A stretch of DNA of 28,400 nucleotides, from IMG/VR virus record IMGVR_UViG_3300032243_000069, positions 1-28,400 of that record; one strand, written 5' to 3'. Made by a program: the position numbers and the translations under genes. Under the pieces are notes generated by a model. That model was given only the letters and a program-made list of their open reading frames with translations. It was not told the origin of the DNA and did no database searches. Shown piece after piece: positions 7,890 to 16,522 of this stretch. Origin of the DNA: a virus. Its lineage: Duplodnaviria; Caudoviricetes. Position 1 is the first letter of the stretch; the number at the start of each line of letters is the position of its first letter.

Positions 7890-9809
7890 ATGTCAACTAT
7901 TGATTGGGATGCAGCAGTACAAAGTTATCAATCTGGACCACAGTTTAAAGCAACACCAGAAGGAATTGTTGAAACTCCTCCACCAACACCATTACCTGAG
8001 TTATTGGGTCTTGCTGGCGGTGTAGGCGGTGCTTTGTTAACTCGTAGTCCACAAGGTGCTGCTGCTGGTAGAACAGGAGCAATGGCTCTTGGTCGACAAT
8101 TTGCTCCATCTTTGTTTGGTTCTAGCGTTGGAACTGCAATTGGTTTAGGAGCAGAAAGTGCATTTCAACCTGTATCCCCTGAACGAGCAGGAATGGCAAT
8201 GCTTGAAAACGCTGCATGGGATGTGGGCGGTAATCTTGTCGCTACCGTTGCAGGAAAGACTTATCGTGTTGGAAAAGATGCTCTTGAGTCATTAGGTTTA
8301 ACTAAAGCTGGAAACTTTGGAGATGCTAAAGTTGCTGCTCAAAAATTCCTATCCGAGCGTAATGCAACCTTAACTAAAGGACAACTTACTGGCAGTCCAT
8401 TAGACCAGTTTGTAGAGTATGTGTCCAAAGGCGGCACAGGAATGGATATTTATAAAACACAACAAGAAAAAATTGCTCAAGCAGTTACACAAGGTGTAGA
8501 AGATGTTAAAAAATCTTTAGAAACTTCACCCGCATTTCAACAAGCTCTTAAAGCAGACCAGCCTCTAACTCGTGCCGCTGGTGAGAATTTTCAAGCCTTA
8601 ATCACTACTGCAAGAGATTCATTTAAAGAGACATATCGTCCTTTCTATCAAAAGTTGTCTACTGATTTAAATGCTTTTGTAGACATGAAGCCAATTAAGC
8701 GTGAAGCCCAAGCAGAATACGATAGATTAGTTAAAAGTAAGTTTGCTGGAGCTGGTGCAGATAGAAAAACTGTTTTAGAAGATATCTTAAAACAAGACGA
8801 TTTAGTTGACTTTGGAGTTGCTCACGATTTAAGAAGTAACTTTGGTGCAGCCGCTAGAGATGCTATTGAAACAGGCGGTAAATCTACAACTTTATCTTCT
8901 GCTTATTCTAAATTTGAAAGTAAAATCAATTCTGCAATGGATAATGCTTTTTCTTACAAAAGAAAAGAATTAGCGGGAACACCTTATACTCAGAAATTAG
9001 TAAACGATTATAGAAATACTCAATCAGCATATCGTGAAGGTATGGATGGTCTATATAATGAAACCATTACCGAAGGCATGAAAGCATCTCCGTCTAAAGT
9101 TGGTTCGTATATTTTTGATTTAGCAGAAACAGAAAAATCTACAGCATTAGCTAAAGCAATTACACAGATTGATAAATATGCTTCACAGCAAGGAAGACAA
9201 TCTGGTCAGATTCTTGGCGATTTTAAATATGGTTTTATGGAACAGGCTTTGTCTTCTCCTGAAAAGATTAAGAAGTTTGCTAGTGACTTAGACCAAAACC
9301 CTGAAACAAGAAGAGCTTTTTATAAACTATTTAAAAACGAAGCTGCTCCTTTAAAAGAAATTTTAAATGCGGCTGATATTGGTTTAGAAAATACTGCACA
9401 AAGTTCAGCCGCTGCGTTTTTAAGAAATAAAGCAACAATTACAGGCGGTCAAGCGTTGATTGGAACTGTAGGCTATTTTACTTTACCATCTGAAATGCGT
9501 GACAAACTTGCAGATAATCTTCCAGAGGCAGCATTGTCGGCTGGAGCATTTATCATTACTCCGAGATTGCTTGCAAAAGTTTCCACTAATAAAGAAGCAA
9601 TTAGTGCTTTAGTTGATTTAAACAAAGCTAGTCAAAACCCTAAATTTGGTGGTGCTGCTGCCGCTAAACTTGTGGATAGATTAAATAAAACTGGAATTAT
9701 TGATAGTGAATATATTTCAGAAGTAGATTCTTTGTTTGGACAACCTAAAACAACAACACAACCACAAGAAACCCAAAAGATTAATTGGGATGAGTTGGTA
9801 AAACAATAA
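7890..9809 (+). CDS. Internal virion / DNA ejection protein 3
   Basis: 639 aa, helical, with Gly/Ala hydrophobic segments near both ends; last large gene before lysis. Confidence 0.55.
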   Translation: MSTIDWDAAVQSYQSGPQFKATPEGIVETPPPTPLPELLGLAGGVGGALLTRSPQGAAAGRTGAMALGRQFAPSLFGSSVGTAIGLGAESAFQPVSPERAGMAMLENAAWDVGGNLVATVAGKTYRVGKDALESLGLTKAGNFGDAKVAAQKFLSERNATLTKGQLTGSPLDQFVEYVSKGGTGMDIYKTQQEKIAQAVTQGVEDVKKSLETSPAFQQALKADQPLTRAAGENFQALITTARDSFKETYRPFYQKLSTDLNAFVDMKPIKREAQAEYDRLVKSKFAGAGADRKTVLEDILKQDDLVDFGVAHDLRSNFGAAARDAIETGGKSTTLSSAYSKFESKINSAMDNAFSYKRKELAGTPYTQKLVNDYRNTQSAYREGMDGLYNETITEGMKASPSKVGSYIFDLAETEKSTALAKAITQIDKYASQQGRQSGQILGDFKYGFMEQALSSPEKIKKFASDLDQNPETRRAFYKLFKNEAAPLKEILNAADIGLENTAQSSAAAFLRNKATITGGQALIGTVGYFTLPSEMRDKLADNLPEAALSAGAFIITPRLLAKVSTNKEAISALVDLNKASQNPKFGGAAAAKLVDRLNKTGIIDSEYISEVDSLFGQPKTTTQPQETQKINWDELVKQ

Positions 9810-9839
9810 TTATACACACTATACACACGATGAATATCT

Positions 9840-10289
9840 ATGTCCGACCTCTATGGAATAAACGAAGGAGTAAAAACACTCACTGGTAGTCTTGATGCTA
9901 GTAGAGAAAGTGCTAAATCATTAACTAAACAAGTTGAAGCCATCCAAAAAGATGCAATATCGGTAGCTCAACAACAATCCAAAGATAGACGAACTGCTCA
10001 ACGAGAAGCAGAGTTTAAAAAACAACAGGCTATCTTTAAAGCATTAGACGAATACAAGCGTCGCAAAATGCTAACAGACCAAGAGGTCGAACTAAAGAAA
10101 CAATTCATCAAGCAGTACGGAACTAAAGAATGGGATTCTGTTTTGCGTATTAAGAATGAAATAGAAGCATTAGAAAAGCACAATATTGAAGAATTTCAAC
10201 ACGATTTGAAATCAGTAAGAAGAGTACAGTTTTGGTGTTTTTTTGTAGCTGGGTTTATTGCGTGGTATTTAACTTGGGGTATTAAATAA
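9840..10289 (+). CDS. Coiled-coil protein with a C-terminal TM helix (lysis-cluster hypothetical)
   Basis: Charged helical body ending in FWCFFVAGFIAWYLTWG; TAATG-coupled to the holin. Confidence 0.6.
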   Translation: MSDLYGINEGVKTLTGSLDASRESAKSLTKQVEAIQKDAISVAQQQSKDRRTAQREAEFKKQQAIFKALDEYKRRKMLTDQEVELKKQFIKQYGTKEWDSVLRIKNEIEALEKHNIEEFQHDLKSVRRVQFWCFFVAGFIAWYLTWGIK

Positions 10290-10690
10290 TGTTTGGAATA
10301 GATGACATCATTGGTGTAGGAATGAAGTTAGTTGATAAACTAATTCCTGACCCTGCCCAGAAAGCACAAGCACAACTAGACTTAGCTAAGTTAGCTCAGG
10401 AAGGTAGACTTGCTGACATTCAAGCTGATATGAATGAGCAGAACAATGTCTCTGATAGATGGAAATCAGATATGTCTTCTGATTCGTGGCTATCTAAAAA
10501 CATAAGACCAATGGCTCTAATAGCAATTCTTGGCGGTTACTTTGTCTTTGCAATGATGTCAGCCTTTGGTTTGAACGCAAACGAGTCCTATGTTACGCTG
10601 CTCGGAAACTGGGGGATGCTCGTTTTCGGTGCATATTTTGGGTCACGCACCCTTGAGAAGGTTACAGAATTAAGGAATAGAGCTAAATGA
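10289..10690 (+). CDS. Holin (3TM GTA-type holin family)
   Basis: LVDKLIPDP...RW.SDM.SDSWLSKNIRP...AYFG.R..EK signature with TM segments; immediately before the endolysin. Confidence 0.75.
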   Translation: MFGIDDIIGVGMKLVDKLIPDPAQKAQAQLDLAKLAQEGRLADIQADMNEQNNVSDRWKSDMSSDSWLSKNIRPMALIAILGGYFVFAMMSAFGLNANESYVTLLGNWGMLVFGAYFGSRTLEKVTELRNRAK

Positions 10691-11115
10691 ACGTAAGTGA
10701 ACACTTTACTCTTGAAGAGTTAACTCATACAGATCATCGTGAGTTTGACAATACTCCTAATGAGCAAGAACGTGCTAACTTAGGTCGTTTAGCAACTATG
10801 TTAGAAAGAGTTAAAGAAGTACTAGGTGGTAAGCCTATTATGATTAACTCTGCTTTTAGATCTAAACAGGTTAATGATGCTGTAGGATCTAAAGATACTA
10901 GCCAGCACCGTATCGGCTGTGCTGCTGACATTAGAGTCCCTGGAATGACCCCAGATGAGGTCGTGAAGGCGATTATAGCTTCGGACATAGGGTACGACCA
11001 GATCATCAGAGAATTCAATTCATGGACGCATATAAGCGTTCCTAATAGCTTTTCTACATTACCACGTAAACAGGCTTTGATTATAGACAAACAAGGCACT
11101 AGAATTTACGCATAA
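10687..11115 (+). CDS. Endolysin, peptidase M15A family (Zn D-Ala-D-Ala peptidase fold)
   Basis: HFTLEEL, INSAFRS..VN.AVG, SQH..GCAAD and WTHIS supply the Zn ligands H, D, H. Confidence 0.85.
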   Translation: MNVSEHFTLEELTHTDHREFDNTPNEQERANLGRLATMLERVKEVLGGKPIMINSAFRSKQVNDAVGSKDTSQHRIGCAADIRVPGMTPDEVVKAIIASDIGYDQIIREFNSWTHISVPNSFSTLPRKQALIIDKQGTRIYA

Positions 11116-11133
11116 TTGTATAGTATATTACAC

Positions 11134-11156
11134 AAAAAAACAGCCCCGAAGGGCTG
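11134..11156 (-). terminator. Rho-independent terminator of the replication arm
   Basis: The minus strand reads CAGCCC-TTCG-GGGCTG-TTTTTTT (C-UUCG-G loop), at the point where the arms converge. Confidence 0.85.
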
Positions 11157-11181
11157 CTAAAGTACTACCACACACAAGGAA

Positions 11182-13086
11182 TTAGATTTCGCACCCACCT
11201 GCGGTGCAACTTAGCATTTGAGCGCCTTCGACATTATCGTCATACTCTTTGAAGTTCTCCCAATCAACTGTAATAGGAACTAACAGCTTCAATCTGTTGT
11301 AGGCTTCTTCGTCTACTTCTTCATAAGGTGCTTGTTTGTAAGTACCACCATCCATCGGCAGGAAAGACACACCAGTAACTTCATCAAAGTGTTTAAATGT
11401 CCAAGCCCCTACATCCATCCATTCGTTCTCTAAGACAGAGATAGTGACTGATGGCTTGTGCTCACAGTAGTGACGCTGGAATATCAACCATAACTTCAAG
11501 TGCTGAATTGCTGATAAGTCTTCACGCAATAATCCACCTTCAGCAACTGCTACAGGGAAACTAAAGACTGTTGTTGACTCAGGCTTCATCACACAAGGCT
11601 CTGCAACGAATCCAGCTTGAATCATAAACTGTGTTAACGGGTCTTTATTGTCAGCACGAACCCGTCTAATATAATACTTACTATGTTGAGGATGAATACC
11701 ACTTGCAGTAGAACAGAGCTGAGAAACTGTTCCTTCGGGCTTAACTGCGGTAACAGCGACAGACTGATTAATACCAATAGCAGCAGCAAACTCAGCGTTA
11801 GTAGCAACAGCAAGGTCACGAAGTTTCTCCAATCGAGCAGGTAATCCCTCATCATCAGGATTGTTTAATAAAGTGTTATCACAGATACCAGTCATCGACA
11901 CACCTAACAATGCTTCTTCTTCTGTGTTCTTCTGCCACACTTTACGCAAGTAAGGGAAGTCTGTTAACGACGCTTGAAAAGTGCCAAGAATTGTTGCCAA
12001 ACGAATCTTATTGCTGATGGAATCAATATCATCATCGCTACGAATAATACAGCTAGATAAGTTGCAAAATTGATAAGGACGAAGAATAATTTCAGAACAA
12101 GGATTAGTGCCGAAAGCATAAGTTGCATCCCTGCGTCCATTCTTTGCTGCTTGTACTTGGCTGGCTTCTCTGTTGAAGATTCCACGCTCTCCTGAGTGTG
12201 ATTCATAAATAGAACTCCATTCACGCATAAATTGACCAATAGATGGTGTCTCAACATAGGTAGCAGAGTTGTTAGCTAATGCTCTTTGACTTTGACCATC
12301 CCACCATGCACCTGCTTTAGCGTGTGCCATCTTATCGTCTGACAAATCAGACAAAGAAATCATTGCACTCCGTCTGACTCCACCCACGACAACAACTTCC
12401 CCGATTTTGCAGAGAATATCATGACACTCAAGGGAATTGAGACGGCGACCAACTGCTCCTTTAAACTTGGTAACACAAAACTTATAAAGTTCTTCCAAAG
12501 GTTGTGGTCCAGAAGCTCTTCCTCCAAATGTTTTAAGTCTAGCTCCTGCAGGTCTAACTCTTGAAGTGTCAAACTTTGGAATTTCCCCAGCGTACAAAAG
12601 AGCCAAGAGTTGTCGAAGTGATTTAGCCCATCCTTCTTTAGAATCCGACACAACAATAGAAGTCTTACTATCATACAACTTAGTCGGGATTTCAGGTAAC
12701 TTAGAAACATATTGTTGCTCCACAGAGAAACCGACACCAGTGCCACAGAGAAGAATATACATCGCTTCATCAAAAGCTTTAGGGTCGTCTATTGGTAAAT
12801 AAGAACAATTGAATGCAGCCACATTCTGACGCTCTAATGCAGGTCCTGCTGTCATTACTGCTCTCATGCTTGGCACTACATCAAGATTAGTTACAGCAGT
12901 CTCTAACTCATCTCGTAACTCTTTTGTAAGTGTGTAGTTTTGTTTTGTGGCTAAATGCTTTTCCATAAAGTCAAAGTATCGTGCTACTGTTTCGTTCCAG
13001 TGTTCACGACGACCTTTATCGTCAAGATAGCGACTGTATCTTGATTTAGCAATAAAAGTGTTGTATGGAGTCATTGTGTACGGCAT
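11182..13086 (-). CDS. nrdJ: Class II (adenosylcobalamin-dependent) ribonucleotide reductase
   Basis: PSMR, FNCSY, GTGVGFS, VVVGGVRRSA, TNPCSEI, VKPEGTVSQL and the C-terminal CTAGGC redox pair; no beta-subunit gene nearby. Confidence 0.9.
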   Translation of the reverse strand: MPYTMTPYNTFIAKSRYSRYLDDKGRREHWNETVARYFDFMEKHLATKQNYTLTKELRDELETAVTNLDVVPSMRAVMTAGPALERQNVAAFNCSYLPIDDPKAFDEAMYILLCGTGVGFSVEQQYVSKLPEIPTKLYDSKTSIVVSDSKEGWAKSLRQLLALLYAGEIPKFDTSRVRPAGARLKTFGGRASGPQPLEELYKFCVTKFKGAVGRRLNSLECHDILCKIGEVVVVGGVRRSAMISLSDLSDDKMAHAKAGAWWDGQSQRALANNSATYVETPSIGQFMREWSSIYESHSGERGIFNREASQVQAAKNGRRDATYAFGTNPCSEIILRPYQFCNLSSCIIRSDDDIDSISNKIRLATILGTFQASLTDFPYLRKVWQKNTEEEALLGVSMTGICDNTLLNNPDDEGLPARLEKLRDLAVATNAEFAAAIGINQSVAVTAVKPEGTVSQLCSTASGIHPQHSKYYIRRVRADNKDPLTQFMIQAGFVAEPCVMKPESTTVFSFPVAVAEGGLLREDLSAIQHLKLWLIFQRHYCEHKPSVTISVLENEWMDVGAWTFKHFDEVTGVSFLPMDGGTYKQAPYEEVDEEAYNRLKLLVPITVDWENFKEYDDNVEGAQMLSCTAGGCEI

Positions 13087-13089
13087 ATT

Positions 13090-13245
13090 TTATCGAACCT
13101 CTTTTTCTAGTTTATCGGCATTCTCTTCTATTTTATCGGAGAACATAGTCACTAACTCTTCGCTACTAATATCTAGTAACTCAAGTAGTGTTATTTCATC
13201 TAAAGCAATTAGACGCTCTTTTATTTCATGCAAAAGCAATGGCAT
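13090..13245 (-). CDS. Small acidic hypothetical protein (51 aa)
   Basis: Absent from the ORF track. Translates as MPLLLHEIKERLIALDEITLLELLDISSEELVTMFSDKIEENADKLEKEVR and fills the gap between DUF3310 and nrdJ. Confidence 0.7.
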   Translation of the reverse strand: MPLLLHEIKERLIALDEITLLELLDISSEELVTMFSDKIEENADKLEKEVR

Positions 13246-13255
13246 CTTTATCTTT

Positions 13256-13558
13256 CTATTTGTAATACTTATCTACTACATCGTCATAATTCTCTATCAA
13301 AAACTCTAAATAATGCTGAATTTTCTCTAGGTCTTCTCTTCCGTTCTTGTAAGGAAAGCGGAGGATATATTTTACCACATTATGTGACCAAGGGTCAAGT
13401 CCCCAATCCATAGCGATTGTCCAAGGCTGTACACCCTTTTTATAGTGTTTTCCGCCTACTTGTTTGGACAAGCTGTCACCGGGGTCTTCCATGCCGTCAT
13501 CATACTTCGTTAACACATCGTAGCCATAATGGGCTGGCATTGCAATAGGATTATCCAC
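13256..13558 (-). CDS. DUF3310 / T7 gp1.7-like (nucleotide kinase family) protein
   Basis: QVGGKHY...QP...NVVKY..R...KNG.EDL.K..HYL. Confidence 0.75.
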   Translation of the reverse strand: MDNPIAMPAHYGYDVLTKYDDGMEDPGDSLSKQVGGKHYKKGVQPWTIAMDWGLDPWSHNVVKYILRFPYKNGREDLEKIQHYLEFLIENYDDVVDKYYK

Positions 13559-14288
13559 AATGTTTTACCTCCACCATTTTCTTAGTAGATTTAGTTCCTT
13601 GTGACCAGCTTCCACAAGACTTACATTGATACCTTTGATAAGTTCCTGTAGTTGACACTGCTGTACCACGCTTTTGAAGATGTGTAGAACCACAAGTAGG
13701 ACAACCAGTAATGTCTTGGTATAAATTGCGATTAGGTGCATTCTTAATCCAAGGCAAAAGATTCTCGTAAAGACTTTCTAATAACACAACATCTTGAATG
13801 TTGTATTCTTCCATTCTTTTCCAAGCGTCTTTATCGTTGTTCATGCACTTGACCCACAAAGAATGACCTTCGTGTTCTTGTTTCTTACCTAAGCCCAAGC
13901 GTTGAGATACATAATCCAACTTATTGCTAGGAAACCTAAAATTACTACGAACCACACGCAAGAGGTCAATTTGTTTATAAGGCGATGGTGGAAGTAGTTT
14001 GTTGAGAAGAAATTCCTTGTTAAGAGTAGGAATATCAAACTTAGTTCCATTGTAATGGATAACAGCATCAGCAGAGTCCAAAAGAGCATGAATACCTTTC
14101 AGCATTGTTTTAGGTTTAGATTGATGTACAGAATCAAAATAAATGTCTTCTTCGTTTAGCCACTTAGCTGCGTAGCAGAGGACATACGAAGACTCCATTA
14201 ATTGATTGATACTGACATTCTGTTGCCACAGACCCCAAACATGGGCTGTGTTAGGACTTGTTTCAATATCAAGCAATAGGATTTTCAT
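13551..14288 (-). CDS. DEDDy 3'-5' exonuclease (RNase H-like) with a C-terminal Zn ribbon
   Basis: LLDIETSP, YNGTKFD, YNIQDV; CPTCGS...YQCKSCG. Confidence 0.8.
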   Translation of the reverse strand: MKILLLDIETSPNTAHVWGLWQQNVSINQLMESSYVLCYAAKWLNEEDIYFDSVHQSKPKTMLKGIHALLDSADAVIHYNGTKFDIPTLNKEFLLNKLLPPSPYKQIDLLRVVRSNFRFPSNKLDYVSQRLGLGKKQEHEGHSLWVKCMNNDKDAWKRMEEYNIQDVVLLESLYENLLPWIKNAPNRNLYQDITGCPTCGSTHLQKRGTAVSTTGTYQRYQCKSCGSWSQGTKSTKKMVEVKHCG

Positions 14289-14590
14289 TCGTCATCACCC
14301 CAGTCATTAAACATATCAGATTGTTGTTTAAATCTTTCTTTGTGTTTTTCAAGCCAAGACCAATCTTCAGTTGAAATTGCATATTCTTTATCACGACCAA
14401 GTGGATAGTCGGTAATAAATCGCATCTTTTCTGCAATCCCGTAGCCGTATTGACCAGATAAGAAATCAGCAAATTTAAGCATCAGGTCTGTCCAAGACGC
14501 ACAGTCATCAGTATCAAATTCTTTAGTCATCTTTCCATCAACATCTTCAATTTCAAATTTAACTCTCATCACGCTATCGTACATATTCAT
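14285..14590 (-). CDS. Hypothetical acidic protein
   Basis: GGAG RBS; ATGA overlap with the downstream gene. Confidence 0.65.
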   Translation of the reverse strand: MNMYDSVMRVKFEIEDVDGKMTKEFDTDDCASWTDLMLKFADFLSGQYGYGIAEKMRFITDYPLGRDKEYAISTEDWSWLEKHKERFKQQSDMFNDWGDDE

Positions 14591-14594
14591 TCTC

Positions 14595-14927
14595 CTATTG
14601 TGCCATTAAATCAAAAAACAGTTCTGCATCAACTACTGCTAATGGTTTACAGTTATTTTGTTTAATAATAACTATTGGTTCACCATCGCCATGCTTCTTG
14701 CATTGCTCGTAATAATTGTAGACGGCTATCTTTGCTAAAGACTTACATTCAAATGTTGCTGGCATTTCGTCCTTAGCAAACTGAGACATCACAATATCTT
14801 CACCATGACTACCCATTGGACAACTGCGTAGGTCCTTGTCCGTCAGTTGTGGATACCTCGCTAGTAGTTGCTTTACTGTCCACTGTTGGAGCAGTCTTCC
14901 TTTTTGTTTTGCGGAGCTTGTTTTCAA
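14595..14927 (-). CDS. PD-(D/E)xK nuclease, Holliday junction resolvase-like
   Basis: SAKQKGR.LQQW...GEDI...FECK...PIVIIKQN; TTG start. Confidence 0.7.
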   Translation of the reverse strand: MKTSSAKQKGRLLQQWTVKQLLARYPQLTDKDLRSCPMGSHGEDIVMSQFAKDEMPATFECKSLAKIAVYNYYEQCKKHGDGEPIVIIKQNNCKPLAVVDAELFFDLMAQ

Positions 14928-15261
14928 GTTTTATTTCCTTCTTTTTGGTAAGCATCTTTTTCGGGATTGTGATACTGTTGTTGCACATTCCATCGGTGAT
15001 AGTTCCTGCAAGTTCAATCTGTTCATCGTTTTCAAATACAATGAATCCAACTGTTTTACAACGCAAGTCTTCACGCTTTGCTTCATGCCATTCACCTTGA
15101 GCAAGTGCATCAAGCCATTCCACTACGACAAGTTTGGCGGTGTCCAGACTTGATTCGGACTTCTTTGTAGCCACAGAAGTTGTCCGTTCTCCAACACTCG
15201 CTGCTGGTCGCCCTCGTAGGCTTTGAGGACTGCTTGATACAGTTCGCTTTCGTTTGTACAT
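14809..15261 (-). CDS. Hypothetical phage protein overlapping both neighbours (start uncertain)
   Basis: The core LVVVEWLDA...CKTVGF...ITIPK looks like a recurrent small phage protein. It is the only sensible minus-strand frame spanning 14928-15122. Confidence 0.6.
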   Translation of the reverse strand: MYKRKRTVSSSPQSLRGRPAASVGERTTSVATKKSESSLDTAKLVVVEWLDALAQGEWHEAKREDLRCKTVGFIVFENDEQIELAGTITDGMCNNSITIPKKMLTKKKEIKLENKLRKTKRKTAPTVDSKATTSEVSTTDGQGPTQLSNG

Positions 15262-15806
15262 TTTTCAAGAACCTTTTTAGCTTTAACAGGACCGATACCC
15301 TTCAGTCCAATGATGTTGTCAATTCTGTCGCCAGTTAAAATTTGAGTATAAAAAGAATGTAATCCTTCAAACTCAGATACATAATACTTTTCTTTTTTCT
15401 TGTAGTTGTAGTGCCAACCTCTAAACTGATTGAGGTCTTTGTCAATATGAACCATGATAGTTTCATCTTCAGGAACTGCGTAAGCAGCAATACCAACTGC
15501 ATCGTCTGCTTCAATTCCTTGAACTACTTCAAAGCCCCACGATGTCACTAAATGACACCTAAGTGCTTGTAAATGCACAGGTTTTTCAGATACTCTCTGA
15601 CCCTTATATGGAACTGTAACTGCAACAGCATCACGAAAGTTGCCTTTACCCGTTAGGAAGCCCTTGTAATCTGCACAGTCCAGTTCCATACAAAGTTCAG
15701 TCATTGTTTCCTCAATCCTTGCTACTGCAATAGACTCCTCCGTATCGTTACTAGAGAAGCCCACTGCATAGCAAAGACTATCAGCATCAATGAGAGCAGT
15801 TATCAC
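15123..15806 (-). CDS. 5'-3' exonuclease (T7 gp6 / FEN-like)
   Basis: LIDADS, NFR, YKG.R, EADD, DKD, GDRIDNI.GL.GIG motifs. Confidence 0.88.
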   Translation of the reverse strand: MITALIDADSLCYAVGFSSNDTEESIAVARIEETMTELCMELDCADYKGFLTGKGNFRDAVAVTVPYKGQRVSEKPVHLQALRCHLVTSWGFEVVQGIEADDAVGIAAYAVPEDETIMVHIDKDLNQFRGWHYNYKKKEKYYVSEFEGLHSFYTQILTGDRIDNIIGLKGIGPVKAKKVLEKCTNESELYQAVLKAYEGDQQRVLENGQLLWLQRSPNQVWTPPNLS

Positions 15807-16222
15807 AGGATGTCGTCATCCAAGTTTTCAATTGTAGAATCATCGCCATTAGCGTTATACTTGATTAAATCAGTAATAACAATCTTAGCTAGAGAAGCAC
15901 TAACACCTTCTTTGTTCTTCCACTTCCAGCTATATGGCTTAATCAATGCAACTGCTTTTGAGCCGTTACCAACTACATCCTTAATCTCGTTACCATCTTT
16001 ATCAAACGGCTGAATAGCGTAGTTTGATTTAACAGTTAAGAACCAACCCTTCTCTGGTTTGTCTTCACGCTTGCGTGGTGCAAGACCAATAGACTCTAGT
16101 GCTTCGACTGCAGCATTAGACAAATTGGCTAAGTCACACTGGAACTTACCACTCATCTCATTTACTTTGTCAAAGAAAGCCCACTGAACTTCTGCTTGAA
16201 TTTTTACTGGTTTCATTTCCAT
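15803..16222 (-). CDS. Single-stranded DNA-binding protein (gp2.5-like)
   Basis: OB-fold-like with VGNGS and an acidic tail (NLDDDIL); located between the polymerase and exonuclease; AAGGAG RBS. Confidence 0.7.
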   Translation of the reverse strand: MEMKPVKIQAEVQWAFFDKVNEMSGKFQCDLANLSNAAVEALESIGLAPRKREDKPEKGWFLTVKSNYAIQPFDKDGNEIKDVVGNGSKAVALIKPYSWKWKNKEGVSASLAKIVITDLIKYNANGDDSTIENLDDDIL

Positions 16223-16312
16223 TTGATTCTCCTTATCTACTACTGTTTAGAAATACTGCAACTACCATTATACAACAATTTACAACTATTTGATTCCACG
16301 ATGTGAAATAGT

Positions 16313-16522
16313 TTACTGAAGTGTTTGATTTGAATACTCTAAACTAGCTTCTAGTGTTCCGTCTTCAATATCAAGTAGTGCATCTTTCAAAAGCTCATGC
16401 GTTTCTTCAATATCAAAAGACGAACTTAGTGAATATGTGCCATCTTTATACGCTGATATTGCCACCATTCCTACTAGGTTTGGGTCTTTTTCTTTTTCCA
16501 TCATTAGTGTGTCTCTTTCCAC
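16313..16522 (-). CDS. Hypothetical acidic protein
   Basis: 69-aa ORF right after the polymerase. The true start may be the ATG at about 16504 or 16501. Confidence 0.55.
   Translation of the reverse strand: MERDTLMMEKEKDPNLVGMVAISAYKDGTYSLSSSFDIEETHELLKDALLDIEDGTLEASLEYSNQTLQ

Noticed and set aside
425-11099. Antisense or alternate-frame ORFs in the structural arm (e.g. 425-634, 639-836, 1068-1361, 2558-2794, 7417-7704, 10734-11099)
   Set aside because: They are shadows of well-supported plus-strand genes and have no recognisable motifs.
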